DNA of 52,327 bases, filler included, from Catajapyx aquilonaris (taxonomy: Eukaryota), in the NCBI GenBank assembly GCA_000934665.2. It is 2 parts of 2 records of this genome, joined end to end, with 100 filler letters (N's around TTAATTAATTAA, not from the genome) between each part and the next. Parts side by side here need not be neighbours in the genome. Positions count along the whole stretch, not along the records: positions 26,225 to 52,327 come from JYFJ02005270.1; 1 more part is not named here. One strand, 5' to 3'. Every line of letters starts with the position of its first letter. The first letter of the stretch is position 1. Shown piece after piece: positions 35,251-47,200 of this stretch. The notes beneath the pieces are model-generated. The model was not told the DNA's origin and did no database searches. It saw nothing but the letters and a program-made list of their open reading frames with translations. Both the position numbers and the translations under genes were made by a program.

Positions 35251-38200
35251 CTGCCGTTTTGTGGTTCAGGTATTTTTTTGGTTTTTTAAAGGACAACCAC
35301 AGGGCGGTTGGGCAGCCAGGTTGGAAGGTCGGGTAGGTAGAAAAGAGAGGCAAACAAAAGCACAATCACAAGACTACTGTGCCCACTACGGCCTCTGCAG
35401 CCGACATTAAAGTTAAGGTGTCTAAGAATATAATAATGTGCCAGAGTTTAGGTTCATATATTTAAATGTAACAAGAAATTCTACTGTTAATGCAACACCC
35501 CCCCTCATCCTTTCCACAATCCCCCCCCCCCTCCCAAGTTAATATCTGAACAAAATCTACTTCTACTTTTGCAATAGACAAAAAAAAAAACACTGTGTAA
35601 AAATAAGCCACTTTAGAGTGGGCAATAATCCTCAAAACTTTCAAAAAAGAATGACACATTCTTATTACTATTAACAACAGTGTCCCCTCCCGTTCAAAAA
35701 GGCTGTACAACAATGTTATATCAAATTTTCTTTAAACTACGCTGCATAGCAGCTTCAAAAAAAAACAGGCAACATACAAAAATAACAAAAAACAGCAGGA
35801 GGGGACACTCTTATACTCTTCTTATCATTACTGGAAGCCACAACCAACGGGGAAATAAGCACAAAAATGGGAAGGCCAGAGGAACTTGAGCTTTTTCTTT
35901 CTTCCTATTATGACATTCAAGTTACTGTTATTGAAACTTCTCTTATCGTGTCCCACCATTGCAAACAAAATAGAGGGACAGCAAAATCCTCTCGTCTCCC
36001 AGGGAGGCCAAGACTGCAGTCGAGGCCATTGCGGAATTAATCTCCTTCCCCCTACCCCTACCATGCAAAATGTCAGAGCACTGACAAGGCAGGCTACACT
36101 ACTCCCAGGTGTGAAAATGCAGGTGTGAAAATATTGCAGCAGCAGAAGGCAAGTCTGGCAACAACCAACCAATCAATCAATCAACAATGCTGCTGGGCCA
36201 ACTCTGTTACTGTACTGAACATTCTGACATTTACCATGGGACCAAGGGCCCCCCCAACACTTCCCCCCAACCAAACTCCATAATATGATGCTTCCCTTTC
36301 CATTCTCCAAACTTATCCAAGACTAGACACTTTTCAAACTCCTTTACTGTTCGAGACATACAAAATATCAACAAGATAAAAATTAGGGCCAAGACCAATA
36401 ATCCTCAGCTTATTACACGATCCCCATTCTGTCCAAACTCTTTTAATCCTGCCAGTTCTGCAAAGCGGGACCTGCCACGTCCCGACAATCCGGCTTGAGG
36501 TGTGTGGTCACCTGCATCATCCACGGAGATGGGTTGGGGCATCAGGAGGAAACTTGAAGTCAGGAGCAGGCAGGAGAAAGGAGGTCTAGGAAACCACAAC
36601 AGACTGCTTGGAGCACAAACTCATATGTCAGAGATATTCAAGGTGGCTTCCAATTCTTGGCAGCTAACTACTCCGGGGAAGCGCAATAGGCTTCAATCGG
36701 CAACAGATCTGAGAGAGGCGAGTGGAAAAACGTAAAAAAAAAAAAAGTGCATGCATTATTACTATATTTCGGCTCAAAAAGTTGTGCTAGCTGACAGAAA
36801 ATGGGGGCAGCAAAACTGAAGTTATTGTGAAATTTGTGCTCCACGCAGTCAAAAGGCAAAAAGCAGGTAAATGAGGTGCAGCGTGGCAGCAATCGGGGAG
36901 AAAATGCTTTTCCTGCTCAGGACCAGAGTGTCAAATCATAGATTTTACGTGAGTGCAGTACAAGGTAATACATGTGCATGATTGGATGGGTGGCATAGGC
37001 AGAGAGAGAGAGAGAGATGATCACAAGCTGCAGCCCCCACAGGAGCTGCGAGGAATTCAATCTGTTTGAATAATAAAGAGAGTTAACTTACGTTACTCTT
37101 CAATTGTTTTTGGTGGTGTTATTGATATTCACTGCCATTCTGCATGACACGTTTGTTGCAAGGTCAATACTCTGTTCTCTTCTGCTGAACTCTGACAGTT
37201 TTGTGGTGATAAGTTGATCGAAAATTTTCTCCCCAATTGCTGCTGCGTTTGGGAACACAATCAGACAGTCAAGACAGATAGTGATAGAGAGTGATAGAGA
37301 GAGAGAAAGAGAGGTAAAAAACTCAAGACCAATACCGACCGTCCTCACCTGCTAAACTTCCCTTGGCGCCCCCCCCCGCGCGGGCCCCCCCCCCACGGCC
37401 GAGACCCCCCCCCCGGCCCCCACGAACCGTCGTAGCGCCCCCCCGGACCCCCGAAGCCGCCCGTCCACGAGAGGGGGGGCCAGCGACGCTGCGGGGGGGG
37501 CCCCCACGCCCCACTGCCCCACGTCCACGCCCAGCCTGCAGCAGACATCAGCACCACACCGTTGTCGTTGATGGCGACGAGAGAGGAAGAGGTGATGTTC
37601 GGGAGAGATGATGGGTAAGAGACAGAGAATCAGGGGGGAGAAAAAAAAGATGGAGGAAAAGTTCAATTAGTGCACATACTCCAAACTCTTTGTCAAAAAA
37701 GGCATAACATATTGCTAAACTGCTCTACCAACTCAAAATTTACAACACATAGAGGATGAGCATTGTTGCCCCGGCCGACCGACAGGCAGAGAGGGGCAAT
37801 AATGCCACCCACAAACTAACAACACTCTGATGGCTCATAAGTCGGCACAAGTTAACGTATTGCCTTCTGCTTCTCAAGATGCAAGGCAACTGTGCCAACA
37901 AGTATCAAAAGGCAACTCTTGAAAACAGCGCTTGAACATTTGTTCTGTATTGCAAGGAAGTGAGAGAGTTGGGAAGCAAACACCTTCTCGTGGGAGAATT
38001 GAATGGGAAAAAAAACTCCAGTTGCTAAACCTACACTTTCACCTGCATACTCGGGATTGAATCCCTGAACCGACCCGATTGCATTATTCACATTATTGTT
38101 CAAGGGGAGAAATTGATGGGGAGTCTTTCCTGAGAAACAATTTTCAGCCACTTTCGTCCTTCACAAACTGCCACAAGACTGATTCCAGACCCTCCCCAGT

Positions 38201-41200
38201 GGCACCCCCCCCCCCCCCCCCAACTAGTTCCAACCCTATTTCCATTGCCCACTTACTGGCTAACTATCATTATCATTACATCAGTATCAAAGCAGGCCTT
38301 TTTTGCCCAACACAACTACAGTGGATCCAAAAAAATTACAGCTAGCATTTTAACTGCGTCAAGTCAACAGGCGCAACGTATCACAAATACGCAAGGCAGT
38401 CGTGACTTACACGCGCTAATCAACCTTAGTAATCGCATGAAGTGCATAACAATCATGATCTGATGCTTGTGTGTCTGGAAGTGCAAGAGCAAGCACCATG
38501 GCCGCCAAAAAAAAAAGAATTTGCTGTTGCTGAGACTGCACCACACTTTTTTTAATGTCGTAATCTGGGGGTTGCAATGGCCCAAGTGAGCTGAGTGTGT
38601 CTGCCTCTAGGCAAGTGAAAGAGTGTACATGACACCAGTGGTAGGAGGACTTGCACCTAAATCATTTTGCAGTTCAATTATGGGCTCAAGGAGTGTGTCA
38701 AGAGATTCGGCACTGCTACATGTCACGAATGCAAGGGGAGGAACCCTCCCGGAATGAACAGGCCAAAAATTATGCGGCAATGGTTTTTCCATTCTGATGC
38801 AGTTCTTCTGAAAATGCTATTTTGGAAAACTGAACATGAACACAGCACTGTCCAAATTACGAGGCACAACTTGCAGACTGCTAAGGGTGCAGGCAAATTC
38901 CCAACAAGTTACAGAGCCTTTGATTCCTGGGATACGTTTTTTGGCCTTAAATTGTGCTTCACAAGGACACTCTTGCAGGGGCCAGAGGCACAGGGCAAGA
39001 ACGGATCAGCATTTCATAATAGATGTGCGGCGTCAATTTTTGGTTTTAAATTTTACTTCCCTGGTGCACCAATATTGCACCACACAATTGCAACCCACAA
39101 AAATTATGCAAAGCATGCTAGTGCAGAACTATCAATTATTGAAATCATTCTTCCGAAGAAGAGCAGTGGTGACCAATGACATTGCATCACTCCTCGGTAA
39201 TCTGCAACAGCTGAAATCGAGTGCGAGGTTTATGGCCCCACAAGGGAAAAGGTGCCTGAAATCAGATTCGTCAAGTCCTGCTAGAAGTAGGTGCAAATCG
39301 CTCCTTGTTTCTACTGGTAGGGGATTTTGGGGCTGTCTTTCCACAGGTGGAAAGGCAGAATGTGTGTGCTCTCAAGTAGAAAACTGCACTTCTACACAAC
39401 TCGGGACCACCCACACATCGACTCACCCATTCACTCAGTTCCAACCGAGTGACTGTTGGAATCAAAAACAACTTGTGAAGAAGAGGCACTCTAGGGGGTC
39501 ATCCATCCCGAGGATCAAAACACACTCGCAGGCAAAAACAATTAAAAATAAGGACGTGTGCAGTAGTGTTGGGACCACACACTCGGAGGATCAGGATCAG
39601 GCTGGGAAGGTAGTTTGTCAGGGTTTCGGCCCTCTCCTCGACATGGCGTTAGGAAGGGGGAGCAAAGGTCACAGCATGAGTTCTCTGCTCTTCTGATGAC
39701 CGTTACTCATGCTTCCCATCGCCAAGTTCACGAGGAGAATGGTCAAATGGTCTGTGGGTGGGGCAATAAAAAGGGACGAAAATGCGGACACGTTTTCGTC
39801 CCCTTTTTTTGCTGATTCTCCCCGTTTCCAAACCTCTCTATATGGCAAAATTTTGGAAGAGGCATGTCCACAGGGGAGTAGTACCTGCACCATCTTTTTT
39901 TGTCATTTCCTTTCCTCCTTCACTTCTCTCCTATCTGTTTTTTGAAGCACAAAATTTTGAAGTCCACTTGGTCCTTTTTCATTCACGCTAAAAAGGCCAA
40001 TGGCACGCTAGGTGTGTAATTTCCCGGCTACCTGCTAACTTCTTTTTTCTTTTTGTGGCCTGCACACATGGCTCAGATATGTCAAGTTCGTCACTCTTTC
40101 GCTTTCTCTGCCGATCAAAAAATAAATATAAATAAAGTGGGGAGGTAGGGGGGCGGGGCCGGCGGAAGCAGAAGACTTGATCCTAAGACGGCGGCAGAGG
40201 AGAAGGAAAAGGACAGAGAAGCAGAAGCAGCAGGCTCATTACAAAAATAATTTTTTTTAACAAAAATGCCAAGCTAAATGGCCAAGTTGGTTAGTGACGC
40301 ACAAAACAGAGAGGAGAGCAGAAGAGCAGAAAGGAGAGAAAGCGACTCAAGTGACAAACTCACCCCTATCAGCTTTTTCTTTTCTTTTTGGTTGTCTTTT
40401 GGGCTTTTCTTTCTTTCACTTTGGCTGAGACTCCCTTCCCCCTCCCCAAAAAAATTTTGGTCATCATCCCCCCCGAACATATTTTAAATGCTGCACAGGT
40501 AAAGTAAATGATAGATTTGAGCTTTTTTTCCTATTCAAAATTTTGGGCATTATTAAGACTTGCTACATCAATGTTACTAAATTAATTTTTGTCAAGTTGA
40601 CAATCATTATTGTTATTTTATTTTTTTTGCTTCCCAGAGCCAAAAGAGAGGACTAGATGAAAACAGTACCAATCACCCACCGGCTGCGCTTGCCTGCCGC
40701 GTCCTCTGGCAGGGGGAGGTGGCGGGGGGTAATCGTGGTAATAGAAATCTTCATACCGGTAATAGTCATCATAATAGGGGTCACTGTAGCCACCACGGTA
40801 ATCGCCATAACCGTAATAGTCGTAATCGTAATCTAGAAACAACAACAGAATGATAAGATTTTTGGTTGAGCCGGGAGAGCCAGTTTCTTTTCGACTTTTT
40901 CTTTTTTGGTTTTGCTTGCTTGAAAAATTGCTATAGATTTGTAAAAAAAAAATAGTCTGTTGCCAAGGCATGCCGGGAAACAACAACAAACAGGTCCAGA
41001 AAAATCCAGAGAGAGAAAAAAAAAAAAAGTAATGAAATTATGCGAATGAACAAAAAAAAAGTTTTGAAAAAAGTGAGTAAATGAATGGATGAATTGATGG
41101 ATGGTTTAAAATAAATGAATAATTTAAAAAAATCAAATGTGGAGCTAATTGAATGGATAATAAAAATAATCATAGTAATAAATTAAACCAGACAAATGAA

Positions 41201-44200
41201 AAAACAGCTGCAGGCCCTGCTAAGGCTATTGCACGGAACAGACACACCAAACTCAGCTACCTCACAGAGGAGAGAATTTTTTTTAAAAAAAGGACAGCAA
41301 TGATATGCAAAATCTTGAATGTAAAGTATGATAATGGACAACAACTCAAAGACTATAAAGTAAATATAAGTGCTGTTGGGACTGGAGGTGGGAAAGATTG
41401 GGGAGTGTGGATCAGTGCGCTCAATAGCTACTTTCGAAGTAAACAATATGTGAGAAGTCAGGAAAACATACCAAAAAAAAAAGTGCACTACAACATATGG
41501 ATGGGAATACCAATTAGTGCCCATACATCTAGATGAACTTTTTTTTTTTCTTCAAAAAAAGGTGTTGGTAGTGTCATACTACACAAGTGAATAAAAATGC
41601 ATTCAAATTATAATCCCCGCGCTCGTAGCAATGATCACCAGGGAGAACACTGCCTTGTTTCCCACACTACTAAGTCCTTCTCCACTCTAAAGACCCAAAT
41701 TGCCACAATAAAAAAGGAAAAATAAATATTGAGTATGATCCCAAAGTGCACTGGAGACAGAACCAGAATACCTGTCCACACCAATACAAAGGCTATGAAT
41801 CTGACTGACATTAGCCCAAATATATGATTAGGGAATCAATACAAGGAAACTGTCGTAAGAGGCTGTGTTCATGAACGTGGCATAAAACCACAGCTGACAA
41901 AACTACACATAATTTCCTAATTCCTTCAAATACAAATTCAGTGATCCCAATAATTGTTATTGTCAAGGCAGGTAACATGATACTGACTCATAGCAGTTAC
42001 CTGCAGGAAAAATAAAAATAAACCAGAACACAAATACTATGTGCACATGCTTGTACAAAAAATGAGTCCATAAAAGGAACATGCTGTTCTCCTTTGCAGT
42101 GTCCCTGAAAAAACTCCATTCAAAAGCTTTCGGACCACATCATGGCATGCAAGAAAATGTGTCAGCAAGGGAACAAGAGAGCGATGTCTTCCCAAACAAT
42201 ACCATTGACACCAAACAAATTACTGCAGCCCCACTACTTTTATACTTAAAATGTGTGGGTTACTTCAATAATATTGAAGGATTGCCTCTGGCTTTAACAC
42301 ACAATAACTCCCTTTTTTTTTTTGTCAATCTACCAGCAAAAGAAAAGTGGAAAAAAAACTCTCCCTCTCAACCAATGTACAAATTTTTTACTCGGTAGGT
42401 TTCTGAAATCCCCTCCCCCCTCCCTCATCCCTTATCCCTCCCATCCCTTAACCCCAAGCATGCCAAACATTAGACTGCATGGGTTAAGCTAACTTGTCAC
42501 CTTTCTACTGCTGCACACACTTACCATAGTCGCCTCGACCCATACTTGGAGGGGCCCTCATCGTCCCTCGCCCTCCTCTCATTGGCATGGGCGGCACCAT
42601 CCTGTAAGAGCAAACACGATCATCAGCAACTTATTACGCTTCAGACCCAGGAGTTGTTGCACATGCTAGTGACATGAGGCTATGCACTGACCCTCCTCTC
42701 TGTGCCATCATCTGCATCATACGCCGCTCCCTCGCCCTCAAGATCTCCTCCTTCTTCTTCTTGTCCGAGGGGGGCTTGGCCAGCGACACCTCTATCGCAG
42801 AACCACACATCTCCTTCCCATTCAGCTCCTCCATGGCCTGCTCCAGGGTGTAAGGGGGAGGGGGAGAAGGTCAACCAGAGAGTTATTACAAATGACACTT
42901 CTAATTATTATGCCCTGACTCCTAAAAAGGCTCCGTTTCTACCCACTTCTTGGGAGAGAGTGATGCAATACGGCGATATCTGCTTCAATTCCGCACCCCC
43001 CCCCTCTGACCCTGCACTTCCGTAGAAACACATGCTAGGGCATTCATTTAAGATCCTTCGCACAGACTTTGTCAACTGCTTCTACGCCCCACCTGAACCC
43101 CAGGAAAACTTTCATTGATGTTTACAAAACATTTGCCCAAATGCAAATGTGTTTCACTGTCAGTGAGAACAAATGTGGCATGCTTCCAGCCATGTAGGCT
43201 TAAGCTGTTGTGCAAACACCACAACTGCAACCTGTTAAAAGAATCCTACCAACAGCAGCATAACAAACCAATTGACTTTGCAAATGGCTGGGTAAAAGCT
43301 AAGAAGTCACCTACAAGTGAGTGCACCGCAACAAAACCTGTCCTTAGTCATTGTGCATGTTACTACTACTGGCTGTCTGGCACATTTTCACCTACTCTTT
43401 AACGAATCCTGTGCACTTCCAAGTGGACCCCTAGCAGCCTGGAGTCTCCCCATAAATAAATAAAATCTTTGCAAAGTTCCCGTGTTTTCACAACCAACAC
43501 AGGGCCACTGCTTCTAATCCCATGATAAAACCTATAGGCTTAGATTACAATAAGTACAACCACGCGCACACATTGAGATGGGACCAGCAAAACACACACA
43601 CCACACGCCACCAGAACACAAAACACGCACCTTGAGCGCATGGTCCCGCTCCTCAAAGTGAATGAAGGCATAGTCCTTGATTTTCTTGACCCTCTCCACC
43701 TTGCCAAAAGCCTCAAACGCCTCCTTGAGCTTCTCCTCTGTGCACTCCTGGGTAAGGTTGCGCACATACAGCACCTTCACCTGTTGCACACACACACACA
43801 CGTTTGAGAAACTGCTCCATTTATCCACCCACTCACCAGGCATCGAAAAAAATAGATCAAACCTTGGCCATGGTCTCCTCATCTGGCTCTTCTTGAGGAT
43901 CAGCCCAGTCAACTATGATGTCACAGCCCCAGACTTTTATCCTCCCCGTAGAGAGTCGCCTCTTGGCTAGCGAGGCTGCCTTGTGCGACTCGTACTCCAG
44001 GAAGCAGAAGCCGCGGTTCTTCTTCTTGTCATCCGGGCTGCTGTAGATTATCACCTCCGTCAGGCCCGCTGCTCCAAGCCGCCGCAACCCCCAATTTTCG
44101 CAAGTTATTGGGTTTTCAATCACCACCACAAGCGGTTTCCAAATTCGTGTCCAGAGTCACGCGTAGAGATATCGATTTTGTTGTTTTTTTTGGTTGCCAC

Positions 44201-47200
44201 GTGGTTGCCAGTAGATGGTGTTGAAAATCAGGTTTGGGGAGGTTCGACAGGAACATCAGGAAGAGGCAAGATAGAGTGTGAGAGTGAGAGAGAGAGAGAG
44301 AGAGAGAGAAAAAAAAAAGAGGCGAGGGAGTCGCCAGGTCAGATGGATTGCTCTCCGGTCCATTTTACATTATGTACTGCTTTTTAATGTTAACAAGGGC
44401 AAGGTAGGCAGCAAGGGTGGATGGTCAGATTCAGTGAATTGGTATCATTCAGGAAAGGGTCAAAGCCTCATGAGCGAAGCTAATTTTTGGAGAGGTTATT
44501 GGGTGGGTAGTCATGGCCAAATGGGGAAAGGTGGAGGGGCAGGAGGGGGGGGGGGGTCTCAAACATAAAAACTCATAAAGTAAATTGTAATAGTAATGAT
44601 AAAAAGTAAATAATAAAAGACACCATATAATGCTACTGCTAAAAAGGTTTCCACACCAGCAATGAGGCCCCCTTTTTTTTTTGCCACCCACAATCCAGTC
44701 AGCCATCCACCTTGCACTTCCCTTTACTTAGAAACAAGACAGTAACACAAAAAGTAAGCCCATCCCATGGAAAGCTCCTGCCATCCAGCAACAATGCAAC
44801 AGTCACCGCCAACCACCCTTTCTTACGCAAAAATGATCTAAGACAAAAGCTGCATTCTTACTGGATGAAGCAACTACGTTTGAATTTTTGATATGGCTCA
44901 GCTTACCCACCCTGTGCCCCCATTAAGCAGTAAACATGCAATTACATAAAACCAATTTAAAGATAATAAATGAACACATGTTTTATAAATAAGCAAACAA
45001 GCCCTAACTTGACCAAAGATATGCTTTTGAAAATTCCAAGGGTGTCCCTGGGGAAGGGGAATAATAATAATTATTAAAAGGCAATGCTGCCACTGCATGA
45101 CATAGCAAAGCAAATGCAGTTGGATTCAGAATGGTTGTTGCCACATCACACATTGCAAGCAGACTTGTGATTACAAAGGTAGATGTGCACCAATTTCATA
45201 CATATGGAATGTGATGGCAGGCAACTGATCAGCCACAACCATTAACCTATATTATAGTCATCATCCAGGCCAGTACATGAGTTGAAATACCACAAGCTAT
45301 TATTATTATTATTACTCATGTTAATTATTAGTGTTGGCACTGGCCTGGCAGATAAAGAGTGGTAGTATACCCAAGTGCAATATCAGCAGTGCATTGAAAG
45401 CCTTCCCCTGGGACTATTCCTCAAGCACATAGCCACACACGCACACACACATTTGCTCAACCATCACTCCACTCATGCTCGTAAAAACAACAACACACTT
45501 AAACAGGTTAAAAACAATTAAAAAATACAACTTGTGCTCATGCCTCTCCCCCAACCACTCCAGCCCACCTCTCACATTGCAAGATAGTTAAAAACCAAAA
45601 AGGTGAACCAAAAAAAAGACAAAAAAAAAAAAAAGTTGGCTAAAAAAAAGCAGTCCCAGCTGCCTCTCTCACACTCACAAATCACATTTAGAACAATCGT
45701 TATTCAGAATCGCTCTCAAACAAAAAAAGGGAGCCCAAGCCTTGGTCTGCTCTGATCTAAAAGAGCTTGCATCTAAGAGACACTAAAAAAAAACAAAGAG
45801 CCACCACTGGGCCAAATGCAAATCAAAACAACTGGCATGAGCCTCACTCACTCCAAGTGAATCAACAAATCAACCAACCAATCAATCAATCAGTAACAGT
45901 CACTAGTGGCCCTGGAAATGGCCCACAAAATGCAAAGAGGGCAGATATGCATTATCATGATTACTAATAACATAATATCTATTGAACAAGTAGTAAGTAG
46001 TAGCATTAAATAATTAATTGATTAATCAATGGATTCAAATTTACTGATTATTTTAATGGATATAGTAAAAAAAATTGACAAGAAAACAAGACTGAACTTT
46101 TGCACAGCAGAAGTGGAAAACTGAAGGGGTGAAGCTTCATCAACTTACGTGCATGTTTGGAAAATTCTTCAAATAATTCGTCCCGATCCCGATTCTTTGG
46201 AATATTTCCCACAAATAACCGATGATTGTTATACGAAATGGTAACACCAATCTTTTTGCCTTTTCGAATTTCGTAATCGTTCAGCTGGAAAATAACGTGA
46301 GTGGAAAGCGCCAATCAGTGTGTGGGTCCGGGGAGTTTTGATACTTTTTTGATTTTTTTTTTTTTTTTTGTAAATAGAATTTCTCTTTTTATTATTGAAA
46401 AGGGGGAAGTCAAGGTATGGTATGGCAAAACGGTCAGAAGGTGAAGTAATGCAAGTGGTTGTAACAGGTCGTGATGAGGTAGTGCGGAAAAGAGTGAGAA
46501 AGAGGAGTGGGAGGTACTTTTTGTCATGTTTGTGGGAGTGAGTAAATTTTCTCTTCTTTATTTTCCCTTTCGCAGGGGTGGTGTGGTTGCAAGGGAGTAC
46601 CCATTCGTAGTCCATATATATTGCTGAATAAAGAGGAGTCACTGCTGGATGAGGATCAGACGAGTGGCTGAACTCTGGCGGTGACCAGCACCCTGCTTGT
46701 CCCTCAGCATGTGGGCCACATAGCCTAACACATCCTAACATCTAGCCTAACCCCCTAGCCTAACTCTAATCCCACATGCTGAAGCCGGGGAACTAGTCAC
46801 CTGCCATCATGTTTTTGTCATGGAGCAGGACAAATTATTGGGGATGAGAAGGGAAATGATGAGCCCAGGAGCTTTTTCATTTTTAAAATGAGCCCTAGGA
46901 CAGCCTGGGCATTGCAACTGATTCCAGTGCAAGTTAGTTATTTTCACCATCCAATGATACAAAATAGGCTCTACATCACAGTCATTTTCGCATCTGATGG
47001 CGAAGGTAACTAACAAACTGGGATCAGACTTGCATGCCTAAGGCCAAATAGAAACCAAGGAAAAAAGAGCAGCCACCCTAGATATCTAAACCACAGTCCA
47101 GCAGCAATGAGCCTCTCTAACTACCAAATATCAGTAATTAATTTTAAAAAGAAAGTCAAAAACCAATTGGGCTGGACTTCCTCCTGGTTCACTTTACCTG

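Noticed and set aside
34980..35336. Poly-proline plus-strand ORF
   Set aside because: Reverse complement of the Gly-rich Syp last exon.
38667..39696. Long plus-strand ORFs (170 and 286 aa) antisense within a Syp intron
   Set aside because: No recognisable domain or coding-like composition; cannot be supported without expression data.
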